DNA of 64,000 bases from an uncultured Armatimonadetes bacterium (lineage in GTDB: Bacteria; Armatimonadota; UBA5829; DTJY01): NCBI GenBank assembly GCA_963717145.1, contig OY970325.1, forward strand, positions 1,888,001 to 1,952,000, in the 5' to 3' direction. Below are positions 10,043 to 20,145 of this stretch, piece by piece. Position numbers and translations under genes: made by a program. Under the pieces are notes generated by a model. The model had not been told where the DNA came from. It did not search any database and saw only the letters and a list, made by a program, of their open reading frames with translations. Every line of letters begins with the position of its first letter. The stretch's first letter is position 1.

Positions 10043-11202
10043 AGGACAAAGCGGGAAACACGATCACCGGAAACCTTCAGTCGCAAGACCGGAGAGCGGC
10101 CGTGGCTTCGCTGCAGGGAATGGGCTACTGGGTGCTCGACGCGCGCGAGATCGAAGTGGCGGTCGAGCGCACCTGGAACCCTTTCAGCCTGTTCATGCTG
10201 TGGCTCATCAACCCGATATTCGGTGGGGCGCCGCCTCGGAGCATGGCCGTGTTCTACCGCCAGTTCGCCACCATGATCACTGCGGGAATGAGCCTGTCGC
10301 AGGCGCTCAATTCGCTGGGCGGCCGTGCGCCGACCAGACGGTTGAGCGCGATCTCGAGGGATGCCGCGCGAATCGTGGAGAGCGGGGGCAAACTGAGCGA
10401 TGCTTTCGCCCGCTACCCCGCGATGTTCCCGGAGTTGCATCTCAGTCTACTGAGGGCGGGCGAGACCGGCGGCTCGATCGACCGGATGCTCGAACGCATT
10501 GCGGACTACACCGAGCGTGACTACAAGATCCGCCAGCGGGCGAGAATGATGACCCTATACCCGAAGATTCTGGTGCTGGCGATGATCTTCATCCCGGCAG
10601 TTCCGACACTGGTGTTCCAGGGCTTCAGCGCATATCTGCATGCGACGACGCCCATACTGGTCACGATCCTGATCTGGATCGCGGCCATCTGGATCGGATA
10701 CCGCCTGCTCTGTCAGATACCCGTCTTCCGGTCCAGCGTCGACATGGCAAAGCTTACGATGCCGGTCATCGGGACGGTGGTGAAGATGCTCGCGCTCTCG
10801 AAGTTCTACCGGGCGTTCGCGAGTCTATACAGCGCCGGAGTGAGCCCATCGCAGGCGATCTCGAATGCCGGGCGCGCCTGCGGAAACTGGTATCTGAACC
10901 GCAGGCTGCAGACGACGATCCCGATGGTCGAAGCGGGCAGGTCGTTCACCGAGGCGATGGCCCAGACGCGGATCTTGCCTCGCATGACGATCGACATGCT
11001 GGCGACCGGTGAGCAAAGCGGCAATGTCGGAGATATGGTAGACAAGGTGGCTGAGTTCACAGAGAACGAGGCCGATGTCAAGATTCACCAACTGACGATG
11101 TTCGCCGGAGTGCTCCTCCTACTCGCGGTGGCGATCTACATCGGCATACAGGTGGTCGGTTTCTATCTGAAGCATTACGGATCGATGCTGGATATCAAGT
11201 AG
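10018..11202 (+). CDS. pilC: Type II secretion F / PilC family platform protein
   Basis: FYRQFATMITAG, LSDAFARYP..F, AGETGG, YP and TGEQSG motifs of two T2SSF domains. Confidence 0.88.
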   Translation: MATFSYKVKDKAGNTITGNLQSQDRRAAVASLQGMGYWVLDAREIEVAVERTWNPFSLFMLWLINPIFGGAPPRSMAVFYRQFATMITAGMSLSQALNSLGGRAPTRRLSAISRDAARIVESGGKLSDAFARYPAMFPELHLSLLRAGETGGSIDRMLERIADYTERDYKIRQRARMMTLYPKILVLAMIFIPAVPTLVFQGFSAYLHATTPILVTILIWIAAIWIGYRLLCQIPVFRSSVDMAKLTMPVIGTVVKMLALSKFYRAFASLYSAGVSPSQAISNAGRACGNWYLNRRLQTTIPMVEAGRSFTEAMAQTRILPRMTIDMLATGEQSGNVGDMVDKVAEFTENEADVKIHQLTMFAGVLLLLAVAIYIGIQVVGFYLKHYGSMLDIK

Positions 11203-11210
11203 GTAAGGGA

Positions 11211-11261
11211 TAACGAGTAATGAGTTAGGCCGGCCCAGTTACTCATTACGCCTTACTCATT
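11211..11261. repeat. Inverted heptamer repeats (TAATGAG/CTCATTA)
   Basis: taacgagtaatgagtt ... ttactcattacgccttactcatt. Confidence 0.5.
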
Positions 11262-11270
11262 AGTAGATTC

Positions 11271-12425
11271 ATGCCTATCAAGCGGACACATTACGAAATA
11301 CTCGGCGTGCCGCGGTCGGCGACGCCGGACCAGATCAAGAAGCGCTACCGTGAGTTGGTGCGGAGATACCATCCGGACGTGGCCGACGACAAGGCCACCG
11401 CGCGCCTGGCGTTCCTGCAGATCACGGAAGCCTATCAGACGCTGAGCAATCCGGATAAGCGGGTGATCTACGACGCGGAGATGGACAAGCAGACAGCCGG
11501 CGTAACTGCGCGTCCAGGACCGCGGAAACCGACATCGACTTACACCGGGACCTATGGAAGACGCCCTCCGCCCACCGGGCCGAGACAGGCGACTCGCCCG
11601 CGAGAGACCTCCAATGCAGACAGACTCCTTCGAGATGCCGAGGCGGCCTTCATCCGAGGACAGCTCTGGGCGACGATGGATTCGGCAAAGGCGGCGATCA
11701 AGCTCGACGGCCGGAACGCTCGGGCTCACGTGGTGCTCGGCGATGTCTATCGGATGCAGGGCCGTATGGATGAGGCGGTGTCGATGTATACCGTCGCTCT
11801 TCAACTCGATCCGAAGAACGTCGATGCCATGGACAAGCTCGACAGGGCGATGCGGAAGAGCAAGAAGGCGCAATCGCCCGCCGCAGACGCCGAGCGCAAG
11901 CACGGGCTCAAGATCGGCGTTGGGCTGATCTGCGGCTGTCTCGGCACGTTCCTGCTGCTCATGCTCGCCTGGTCGCCAGGTGAGCCGATCCCGTGGTCGA
12001 AGGCACACCTGCCATTCGTGGCCACTTGGACTCCCGTGCTGATCGTGACACTCCTCGGGATGGGCGCACTGACCGGCTTCCTGCTGAGCATGACCGAGAC
12101 GGTCAGATCGCTCGACGATGAGCTGGTGTTCCAGACGATCTCGTCCGGGCGGCATCTCAGCTATCCGGTCGGGCTCATACTCGTCATTCTGAACTTTTTC
12201 AACTTTTACCTGGCCGTCGGGGTATACACACTGGCGGGGATCATGCAGGACGCCATTTCGGGATCGGTGATGAAGGCGTTCCTCGCTACGGGATGCCTGC
12301 TGGTGGTCATCGGCGCCCTGTATCCGCTCGGATTCGGAGAAGTCATGGTCTGGGGCGGAAACCTGGTCTTTCCAGCCATGCTCGGCGGCTGGGCGCTCGG
12401 CGATATGGTGAAGCCCTGGGGATAA
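11271..12425 (+). CDS. DnaJ-domain, TPR-containing membrane protein
   Basis: HYEILGV...YHPD J domain, TPR-like AHVVLGDVY...EAV..Y..AL.LDP, several C-terminal transmembrane segments. Confidence 0.85.
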   Translation: MPIKRTHYEILGVPRSATPDQIKKRYRELVRRYHPDVADDKATARLAFLQITEAYQTLSNPDKRVIYDAEMDKQTAGVTARPGPRKPTSTYTGTYGRRPPPTGPRQATRPRETSNADRLLRDAEAAFIRGQLWATMDSAKAAIKLDGRNARAHVVLGDVYRMQGRMDEAVSMYTVALQLDPKNVDAMDKLDRAMRKSKKAQSPAADAERKHGLKIGVGLICGCLGTFLLLMLAWSPGEPIPWSKAHLPFVATWTPVLIVTLLGMGALTGFLLSMTETVRSLDDELVFQTISSGRHLSYPVGLILVILNFFNFYLAVGVYTLAGIMQDAISGSVMKAFLATGCLLVVIGALYPLGFGEVMVWGGNLVFPAMLGGWALGDMVKPWG

Positions 12426-12461
12426 GATTGCTTGACGTAGAACCACACCAAGGAGACAACG

Positions 12462-13499
12462 ATGTCATTTATGCTCGACGAGATCCACGAACAGCCGCAC
12501 CTGATACAGAAGGTGATTGATGCGGAGAGAGGGAATGTCCGGAAGCTGTGCCGGGCGATGAAGGAGCGCGATATCAAGCTGGCGATCATCGCGGCGAGGG
12601 GAACGTCCGACAACGCGGCGCTCTTTGCGAAATACCTGATCGAGATACACAACGGGATACCTGTCGCACTGGCGGCTCCGTCGGTCATTACACTCTACGG
12701 GGCGAAGTTCGACCTGTCCCATGCGCTGGTGCTCGGCATCTCGCAGTCCGGCGAGTCCACGGACGTCGTCGAGGTCATTCGCAGTGCCGGGGAGATGGGC
12801 GCGCTGACCGCGTGCATCACGAATGTCGAGGGATCGGAACTAACGAAGATAGCCGACCACACGCTGCTCTGCCATGCCGGCGAGGAGAAAAGCGTCGCGG
12901 CGACCAAGACATACACCACGACCCTGGCCTTGATATACATGATATCCGGCATTCTGGCGAGCGAAGACGAACTCATCCCACAGCTCGAGTCGTCGGCGGG
13001 GATGATATCGAGAGTCTTCCAGGTGGAGAGCAGGATCGAGGAGATCGCCCAGCGGTATCGATACATGGAGGAGTGTAAGGTCGTCGCGCGGGGCATGAAC
13101 TACGCCACGAGCAAGGAAGCCGCGCTGAAACTCGCGGAGACCTGCTATGTTTCGGCCGAGCCGTTCTCGATGGCGGACCTGATGCACGGCCCGATCGCGG
13201 TCGTGGATGCGGGCTTTCCGGTGTTCATGTACGCTCCCCAGGGCAAGGGTTACCCCACGATGGTCGAGCTGGCTGACAAGCTGGCCGGATGGGAGGTGGA
13301 GACGATCATCTTCTCGAGCGAGGATGAGATCCTGCAGGCGGCGACGATCCCGGTGAAGCTTCCGGTGGCGGTCGAAGAGACGTACAGTCCGCTGGTCTAC
13401 ATCGTGGCGGCTCAGTTGTTCGCACAGTATCTTTCGGGGGTGAAGGGTCACGATCCGGACCATCCGCGGGGACTGTGCAAGGTGACGCTGACGATGTAG
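12462..13499 (+). CDS. Double-SIS domain sugar-phosphate isomerase/deaminase (GlmS C-terminal-like)
   Basis: MLDEIHEQP, ARGTS, GISQSGES, EKSVAATKTY, EAALKLAE, HGP and PRGLCKVT motifs. Confidence 0.9.
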   Translation: MSFMLDEIHEQPHLIQKVIDAERGNVRKLCRAMKERDIKLAIIAARGTSDNAALFAKYLIEIHNGIPVALAAPSVITLYGAKFDLSHALVLGISQSGESTDVVEVIRSAGEMGALTACITNVEGSELTKIADHTLLCHAGEEKSVAATKTYTTTLALIYMISGILASEDELIPQLESSAGMISRVFQVESRIEEIAQRYRYMEECKVVARGMNYATSKEAALKLAETCYVSAEPFSMADLMHGPIAVVDAGFPVFMYAPQGKGYPTMVELADKLAGWEVETIIFSSEDEILQAATIPVKLPVAVEETYSPLVYIVAAQLFAQYLSGVKGHDPDHPRGLCKVTLTM

Positions 13500-13521
13500 G
13501 CTCGCGGTGTTTACGCACGTC

Positions 13522-13635
13522 GAAGCGTCTTGTAGGGAACGGTCGCCGTCCCGTTCCGTCTCCCGTAGCAACCGCCAAGACGCCAAGGACGCCAAGATCG
13601 GAACGGGACGGCGACCGTTCCCTACAAGATGCCTC
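13522..13635. repeat. GTAG-type REPIN carrying an internal 9-mer element
   Basis: TTGTAGGGAACGGTCGCCGTCCCGTTCCG ... CGGAACGGGACGGCGACCGTTCCCTACAA; the spacer contains AACCGCCAAGACGCCAAGGACGCCAAGA. Confidence 0.88.
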
Positions 13636-13672
13636 CCATATGGATAAGACACCGAGAAAGAAGAGAGGACAT

Positions 13673-14794
13673 ATGGCTAACCAAGACAGGCTCGTAAACG
13701 ATTTTCTGCGACTCGCGGCGGTGAACAGCCCGAGCAGACACGAGAAGCAGGTCGCCGATATGCTCGCGGCGGACCTTGGGGCGCTCGGCTTCGAGGTGGT
13801 GCGCGACAATGCCGGCGACAAGATCGACGGCGACACAGGCAACGTGATCGGCAACATGAAGGGGACGCTCCCCGACGCAGTGCCGATCCTCCTGAGCGCG
13901 CACATGGATACAGTCGCGCCGACCGACGAGGGATGGGGTTACGTAATTGAGGGCGACACGATCCGCTCGACCGGCCAGACGATCCTCGGCGCGGACGACA
14001 AGGCCGGGATCGCCGCTGTTCTGGAGGGCATCCGCCTCGTCAAGGAACAGGGGACCGAGCACGGCGACATCCAGGTCATGTTCAGCATCAGCGAGGAGAC
14101 CGGTCTCTACGGCGCCCGGTACGTCGATCCTGCTCTCCTGACTTCGAGGTGCGGCTTCGTATTCGATATGGGGAAGCCGGTCGGATGTGTAGTCGTTTCA
14201 GCGCCGACCCATGACAACCTCCTCTTCAAGGTCCACGGCAGGGCGTCACATGCCGGCGCGAAGCCTGAGGACGGCATCAGCGCCATCGTCGTCGCGAGCA
14301 AGGCGATCGCCAACATGAGGCTGGGGCGCATCGACAAGGAGACCACCGCGAACATCGGCGGCATCAGCGGCGGCACGGCCCGAAATATCGTACCTGAGTT
14401 CTGCGAGTGCCGAGGCGAGGCCCGGAGTCGGAACAACGAGAAGCTGGACGCGCAGGTCAGTCACATGACCGAGTGCTTCAAGCAGGCGGCCGAGGAGATG
14501 GGCGCGACTGTCGAGGTCGAGGTCAAGCGCTCGTATCAGACCTACCGGCTTTCAGAGGGCGATGAGGTCATCCGGCTCGCACTGGAGGCCGCGCGGAGGG
14601 CCGGCATCGAGCCGCAACTCCACGAAACCGGGGGTGGAAGCGACGCCAGCATCTTCAACGCGCAGGGCTTCCCGACTACCGTCATCGGCGTCGGCTATGA
14701 TGGCGCTCACTCGGTCACCGAGTATATCACCATCTCCGATTTCATCAAGTGCGCGGACATGGTCGCGGCTCTCATCGAAGTCGCGGCAGGATAG
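13673..14794 (+). CDS. M20 family metallopeptidase (peptidase T-like)
   Basis: SAHMDTV, LGADDKAG, SEETGL, HAG..PE.G, GGGSDA and HS..E motifs. Confidence 0.9.
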   Translation: MANQDRLVNDFLRLAAVNSPSRHEKQVADMLAADLGALGFEVVRDNAGDKIDGDTGNVIGNMKGTLPDAVPILLSAHMDTVAPTDEGWGYVIEGDTIRSTGQTILGADDKAGIAAVLEGIRLVKEQGTEHGDIQVMFSISEETGLYGARYVDPALLTSRCGFVFDMGKPVGCVVVSAPTHDNLLFKVHGRASHAGAKPEDGISAIVVASKAIANMRLGRIDKETTANIGGISGGTARNIVPEFCECRGEARSRNNEKLDAQVSHMTECFKQAAEEMGATVEVEVKRSYQTYRLSEGDEVIRLALEAARRAGIEPQLHETGGGSDASIFNAQGFPTTVIGVGYDGAHSVTEYITISDFIKCADMVAALIEVAAG

Positions 14795-14808
14795 TCAACC
14801 GATCCGCT

Positions 14809-14933
14809 GGTTGGTGCGGATCTGCAATCCAGCACCCGGTGGCAATATGGGCATCTGTGATCCCGCAACGCTGGAATGGCATCACAGATGCCCATATTGC
14901 CACCGGGTGCTGGATTACAAATCCGCACCAACC
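14809..14933. repeat. Long inverted repeat between convergent genes (MITE/REPIN-like)
   Basis: 53-bp arms at 14809-14861 and 14881-14933 with 2 mismatches, followed by the 9-mer element tcttggcggtcttggcgttttggcggtt. Confidence 0.9.
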
Positions 14934-14970
14934 GTGCCTGTCTGTCTTGGCGGTCTTGGCGTTTTGGCGG

Positions 14971-16365
14971 TTACTGACCCGTTCCCTCGCTGTCGCTCAA
15001 CGACTCGGGACGCCGGATGTGTCCCGGAAGGTTGCGGACCATATCCCTCGCACGACCCGCATCCGGCTCACTGATGTACTTCGCCACGAATGCCGCCGCC
15101 AGCATAATCGGGATCGTGACGTAGAACGTGCAGCGGACGTCGGTCGTGATCCCAATGACCTTCAGCCAGTCGGGCAGGTGTCCTCCGATGGCCGGCATCG
15201 GAGCGGCCAGGAGTATGACCACGACCGCATACACCGCGAGCTGCACGGACCTCCCCGCGCTCGGAGTCAACTTGTAGATCAGCGTGCTGAGCGCCACGGA
15301 TATCCCCGCGATCGCGAACCCGCCGATGAGGTTCAGCGGGATGACCGTCGCGTAGACAGCAACCGGTTTCGTCAGCCATATCCAACAGAGCGGGGTCGGC
15401 GACAGGCACAGGGTACAGGCGATCAGTACCGGACGGCACCCGTATCGGTCCACGATCCGCCCCCAGAATGGCGATGAAAGCAGCATCGTGACGGTCGAGA
15501 CGCCGCCGAGTATCCCGAAGCCGAGGAACGGCATCTTCAGGTCGCGCAGGATGTATGTGGCATAGAACGGTGCGGCGATCGTCTGGAGCGACCAGATCAC
15601 CGAGAAGACCATCATCACCATCAGCGGACGGTTCGCCACTGTATCCCGGACCATCTGGCGGAATCTTCGGCGCGACTCCTCCTGGATCAGCGGCACATCC
15701 GACTGGGGGAGAAACAGCAGTACGTTCACCAGACCGAAGATCATCCCGAACAGAAACAGCCAACTGAAGCCGGCGATCCCCACGCTCTTCGCGCGGTCGA
15801 GAAACATGCCCTCGATCAGCGCGAAGATCGCCCCGATGATCCCTGCGTACATGATGAGCCGCCCGAAGAACATCCCGCGCTGCTTGGCGGGAATCAGGTC
15901 GCCGATCCAACTCGACCGGGCGTTCCCGGCGACGTAGGCGAACACCGTGTTCATCGTGATGATGGCGATAAGCGCGGTGATCCGGAGGTCCTTCGACATG
16001 CCGCGTGTCAGTATCGGCAGACAGACGATCAGCGCCCAGCCTGTTACGTTCATGAGCGACCCGGCGATCGTGAGTCGGCGTCGGCTCATCCCCCGCTCGA
16101 TCACCATGGCGGAGATAAGCTGTACCCCGATGGTAAGCATCGGGATGGTCGTCATCAGCCCGATCTGGACGTTGTTCGCGCCGAGTGCCAGCGCGTAGCC
16201 GATGAGGAACATGCCGCCGGTCGATGCCGCGTAGATCGCGCTGAGCATCGACTGGGCGTAGGAGAACCGGATCGCCCGCTCGATCTCATGATCGGGAAGC
16301 GGCGGGTCCGGCTGCTCGGGCAGTAGGCTGCTTTCTGTATGATTCGTGTCCGTGGGTTCGGTCAT
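14971..16365 (-). CDS. MFS transporter
   Basis: About 12 hydrophobic segments; WIGDLIP...RGMFFG and WGRIVDRYGCRPV MFS motifs. Confidence 0.88.
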   Translation of the reverse strand: MTEPTDTNHTESSLLPEQPDPPLPDHEIERAIRFSYAQSMLSAIYAASTGGMFLIGYALALGANNVQIGLMTTIPMLTIGVQLISAMVIERGMSRRRLTIAGSLMNVTGWALIVCLPILTRGMSKDLRITALIAIITMNTVFAYVAGNARSSWIGDLIPAKQRGMFFGRLIMYAGIIGAIFALIEGMFLDRAKSVGIAGFSWLFLFGMIFGLVNVLLFLPQSDVPLIQEESRRRFRQMVRDTVANRPLMVMMVFSVIWSLQTIAAPFYATYILRDLKMPFLGFGILGGVSTVTMLLSSPFWGRIVDRYGCRPVLIACTLCLSPTPLCWIWLTKPVAVYATVIPLNLIGGFAIAGISVALSTLIYKLTPSAGRSVQLAVYAVVVILLAAPMPAIGGHLPDWLKVIGITTDVRCTFYVTIPIMLAAAFVAKYISEPDAGRARDMVRNLPGHIRRPESLSDSEGTGQ

Positions 16366-16457
16366 GCTATGAGGATTACCCACCGCGTCTTGACATTCAT
16401 CCTGCATGTTGCGGGAAAAGTCACCAGCAAGGAGAAAAAAGCGGTCTCTTGCGAGGA

Positions 16458-16976
16458 TCAGCGCTGGTCCGGCCGCCAATCTTTGATATCCTTGATCTTT
16501 TCTGGCGGAAGGTTGCGAGCGATGATAGGCATCGATCTTTGCGTCGAATCAAACTTCGTAAAGAACCGCAGGCGGAGGCTATCCACCACGGCGACAAACA
16601 CAGGGATGATCCCATGTTCAGACTCCTGTGTGACTACAGCGCGAACGTGATCCCAGGGTATGAGCACTCTTCGGATTGTGAGGAAAGGTGAACGGCGGTC
16701 ACTGAACTCTAACCCCTGAGGCCCAACGGTCAGCCTGATCGACCACCGTGAGAGCCCATATATGCCGAGATACAGCGCAAACGCAGCCTCTGCCAGCAAT
16801 GGCGTGGACACCCACCAGGGATCATGGTAGGCGAGGTGCTGCCGAATCAGGACTTCTCCACTCATCAAGAATACACAACCTATACAGATCACGCCGGCCA
16901 GTGAGTACACGATGATCGTCTTTCGGCTCGGGCCCAGCGTGACTTGTTCGTCGTCACATGAGATGGCCGTGCGCAT
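16458..16976 (-). CDS. Hypothetical two-TM protein with PH-like cytoplasmic part
   Basis: Two transmembrane segments then RLTVGPQGLEF...IPWDHV pattern. Confidence 0.55.
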   Translation of the reverse strand: MRTAISCDDEQVTLGPSRKTIIVYSLAGVICIGCVFLMSGEVLIRQHLAYHDPWWVSTPLLAEAAFALYLGIYGLSRWSIRLTVGPQGLEFSDRRSPFLTIRRVLIPWDHVRAVVTQESEHGIIPVFVAVVDSLRLRFFTKFDSTQRSMPIIARNLPPEKIKDIKDWRPDQR

Positions 16977-17019
16977 CCTTATGCTCCCCACTCCGCGTTC
17001 CGCGTTCGCAATTCCGCAT

Positions 17020-18282
17020 TCAGAGGATGCCCTCCAGCATCTCGATCGCCTCGGTGATCGATTCGTCGAAGGCGGCGGCAACCCTGGTGAGGTCGTCCTC
17101 GGAGATGATCAAAGGCGGCTCGAAGCGGATGACCTTCGGATTGTTGAGCGTGTAGGCGACGATGACCCCACGCCGCACTAGGCCGCCAATGCACAGCTCG
17201 CCAACTTCCTCGTGTGTGAACTCGACGCCGATCATGAGGCCCATCCCACGGACATCATGCACCGCCTTGGGATGTTTCTCCTGAACGGCACGGAGTTGGG
17301 CGATGAAGCCACCGCCTACCCTCGCGGCTCGAGAAGCCAGGTCGTCGCGGCGGATGACGTTGATCGCGGTCAGAGCCGCGGTACATGCGAGCGGATTCCC
17401 GCCGAACGTCGAGGTGTGCATCAGCGGGTTCTCGGAGAAGACCGCTTCCCAGATCTCAGGCGTCCCGACGAACGCGCCGATCGGCATGACTCCTCCGCCG
17501 AGCGCCTTCGCCAGCGTCAGGATGTCCGGTTCGACGCCCCAATGCTCGCAGGCGAAGAGCTTCCCGGTGCGACCGAGGCCGGTCTGAATCTCGTCCACGA
17601 TCAGGAGCGCGCCGTTCGCAGTGCAAAGCTCGCGGAGTCGAGGCAGATAGTCGTCGGATGGCACGCGGATTCCGCCCTCGCCCTGGATCGGCTCGACGAT
17701 CACGGCGGCGGTGTCCTGAGTGAAGGCATCCTCGACCGCCTTTGCATCGCCGAATGGAACGTGCGTGAAACCGGGGATAAGCGGCTCGAACGGAGACTTG
17801 TAGAGTTCGCGGCCGGTCGCGGAGAGCGAGCCCATACTCTTTCCATGGAATCCGCCGATCGTGGAGATGAAACCGTTCCGCCCGGTGAACATCCTCGCGG
17901 CCTTGAGAGCGCCTTCCACGGCCTCCGAGCCGCTGTTGCCGAAGAAGCTGAACTTGAGGCGGCCTGGAGTAATCTCCGCGAGGAGTTCCGCAAGGTCGGC
18001 GAGAGGCTTGTTGAAGAAGGTCTTAGATGAGAGCGGCATCCTGTCAAGCTGCGCATGAACAGCCGCGACGACCTCGGGGTGCCGATGACCGAGGCTGAAG
18101 ACGCCGTACCCACCGAGGCAGTCGATGTATTCGTTCCCCGAGACGTCGGTCACGATGACGCCCTGAGCCGACGCCTCGACATCATTGAACCCGGCGAACC
18201 GCATCAGGTTCGCGAGCGTCGGATTGACGTACTCCTTGTATTTGTCGATCGTCTCATCGATGATCTGCTCTGGGTCTTCCAT
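17020..18282 (-). CDS. Class III PLP aminotransferase (putrescine aminotransferase-like)
   Basis: YIDCLGGYG, NSGSEAVE, EPIQGEGG, DEIQTGLGRTG, LAKALGGG and HTSTFGGNP motifs. Confidence 0.92.
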   Translation of the reverse strand: MEDPEQIIDETIDKYKEYVNPTLANLMRFAGFNDVEASAQGVIVTDVSGNEYIDCLGGYGVFSLGHRHPEVVAAVHAQLDRMPLSSKTFFNKPLADLAELLAEITPGRLKFSFFGNSGSEAVEGALKAARMFTGRNGFISTIGGFHGKSMGSLSATGRELYKSPFEPLIPGFTHVPFGDAKAVEDAFTQDTAAVIVEPIQGEGGIRVPSDDYLPRLRELCTANGALLIVDEIQTGLGRTGKLFACEHWGVEPDILTLAKALGGGVMPIGAFVGTPEIWEAVFSENPLMHTSTFGGNPLACTAALTAINVIRRDDLASRAARVGGGFIAQLRAVQEKHPKAVHDVRGMGLMIGVEFTHEEVGELCIGGLVRRGVIVAYTLNNPKVIRFEPPLIISEDDLTRVAAAFDESITEAIEMLEGIL

Positions 18283-18302
18283 GAATCTCTCCTTGCTCTT
18301 GG

Positions 18303-18377
18303 AACCGCCGATGAACGCAAATGAACGCAGATATCAAGATCCGGACAATCTGCGTCCATCTGCGTTCATCGGCGGTT
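18303..18377. repeat. Palindromic element (AACCGC.GATGAACGCA family)
   Basis: aaccgccgatgaacgcaaatgaacgcagat ... atctgcgtccatctgcgttcatcggcggtt. Confidence 0.85.
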
Positions 18378-20145
18378 AATGCTGCTCTGTCAGTTCAATA
18401 TCATCAAACCAGGTCGTGCCTGTGTTCTTCTCGCTGATAAGGTTCACCCGGACGAGGCATGCATCCTCGGGACAGGTGGCTTCCATCACCACCTTCTTCC
18501 AGTCGCCAGTGCCGGTGATGTTCTCCGAGCGGACCTCGCCCTTGTAGGTCCACTGATTCCCACTGTACCAGTATAGAGCGATCTGGTTGTTCCCCGTAGC
18601 GTTCTCCATCTTGATCCAGCCGCTCAGACGGTAGCTCTTCCCTGGATCGACCGGGATCGGGGTCGCATCCCACGCGGCGCGCTCGCCCGATTTCGAGATC
18701 GAGACGCATTTCGAGCCGCCTCTCCCCTTATCGCTCGTCTCCAGAGTGCCGCCCTTCGCGGATGACTCGAACCGGCCCGGATTCCACCAACCGGGGTGGC
18801 CATCGTGAATGATGTCGAGCGAACCGTTGTTCAAGAGGTTCTGACCCGGGCGCTCGATATACGGGTTCGCGGTCTTACTGACTGCACCCAAGAGCTTGGC
18901 ATCGACGCCCGTGACGATCACCGGCACTTCGCCGACCGTGAACCTGCCCTCCTTGACGTCGATCTCGTTCCCGAGGATGTCCATCGCCGAGAGCCCGGTC
19001 TTCTGCTGCAGAGTCACCGGTTTCTTCGAGTCGTCGTTCGACCACATGATAAGCACGCGCTTCCCCTGACGTGGGGGAGAGCCCGTGAACACGTAGCACG
19101 CCACGTCCTTGCCGACCGTGGTGTATCCCTCGAACTGCGCGCACTTGCCGGGAGAGCCGAGCGCCTTGGTCATCATCTGGTACGCCTTGTACGAGGGCTT
19201 CGGGTCGAAGGGCTCGAAGCTCCGAACCAGTCCCCATTTCTCGCCCCAGTCGTCGAGACAGAACCACTGCAGGTTGCCAACCCCGTTCGCCAGGCTGATA
19301 ACGTAGGATTGGATGGTGTAGATCGCCTGTTCCCGGTCCTCGCGCTCGTTCCGCGAGACCCAACCCATCTCGGTGATCCAGAGAGGCTTCGGTTTCCCTT
19401 TCGAGGCGATGTACTCCTGGTTCTGACGCAGAATCTTGTCGAGGCGCTGGGGGATCGGTCCTCCCGCCATCGAGTAGGGATGGATCGAGATCCCGTCGCA
19501 CGAATCCCAACCGCCGTTCTTGTGAATGCCATCGATGAACCCCAGGTCCGGACCGCTAGTCGATCCTGCGAAGACCATGCAATCCGGGTCCGCCTTCTTC
19601 GCGGCCTTATACGCAGCCTGGAGCATCAAGGTGTAGTCCTTCACATTCGGTTCGGGCCAGAACGTGGGGATGTTCGGCTCGTTCCAGATCTCCCAGACCT
19701 TGAACGTATCCTTGTAGCGGTTCACCACCTCGTAGACGTAGTTCGCATAGGCCGCGCGTTCCTCATCGGTCGCGGGAGGAGTACTCTTCGACCAGGCGCT
19801 GGAGTAGCACAGAATCACGAGCGCGTTGATCTTCTCGTCCCGATAGAACTCCGCGACCTTATCGGCGTAGGTCCAGTCGAACTTGCCCTTCTCCGGCTCG
19901 ATGACGCCCCACCAAAGCTCGAGCCGGTCCCAATACATCCCGGCGTCGCGCATCACCTTGGCCGTCCGAGCGGCTTCCGTCCAGACATTGGGGTTCTCGC
20001 GGTTGTGTGCGAGCTTCAGGCCGTTCATCCCGAACGGCGATGGGTCGTACTTGGCGGCGGCCCAGGCGCCCGCGGACATGGCGATCAGTACCGAGCAGAA
20101 AGCGATCAGGCGATAGTTCAATGGATTACCTCTCTTATCGATCAT
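18376..20145 (-). CDS. Secreted clan GH-A glycoside hydrolase (GH5/GH39-like) with C-terminal CBM4/9-like domain
   Basis: WEIWNEPN acid/base motif, ISIHPY, LWITEMGW nucleophile motif; NLLNNGS...YRLSGWIK...WFDDIEL CBM pattern. Confidence 0.82.
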   Translation of the reverse strand: MIDKRGNPLNYRLIAFCSVLIAMSAGAWAAAKYDPSPFGMNGLKLAHNRENPNVWTEAARTAKVMRDAGMYWDRLELWWGVIEPEKGKFDWTYADKVAEFYRDEKINALVILCYSSAWSKSTPPATDEERAAYANYVYEVVNRYKDTFKVWEIWNEPNIPTFWPEPNVKDYTLMLQAAYKAAKKADPDCMVFAGSTSGPDLGFIDGIHKNGGWDSCDGISIHPYSMAGGPIPQRLDKILRQNQEYIASKGKPKPLWITEMGWVSRNEREDREQAIYTIQSYVISLANGVGNLQWFCLDDWGEKWGLVRSFEPFDPKPSYKAYQMMTKALGSPGKCAQFEGYTTVGKDVACYVFTGSPPRQGKRVLIMWSNDDSKKPVTLQQKTGLSAMDILGNEIDVKEGRFTVGEVPVIVTGVDAKLLGAVSKTANPYIERPGQNLLNNGSLDIIHDGHPGWWNPGRFESSAKGGTLETSDKGRGGSKCVSISKSGERAAWDATPIPVDPGKSYRLSGWIKMENATGNNQIALYWYSGNQWTYKGEVRSENITGTGDWKKVVMEATCPEDACLVRVNLISEKNTGTTWFDDIELTEQH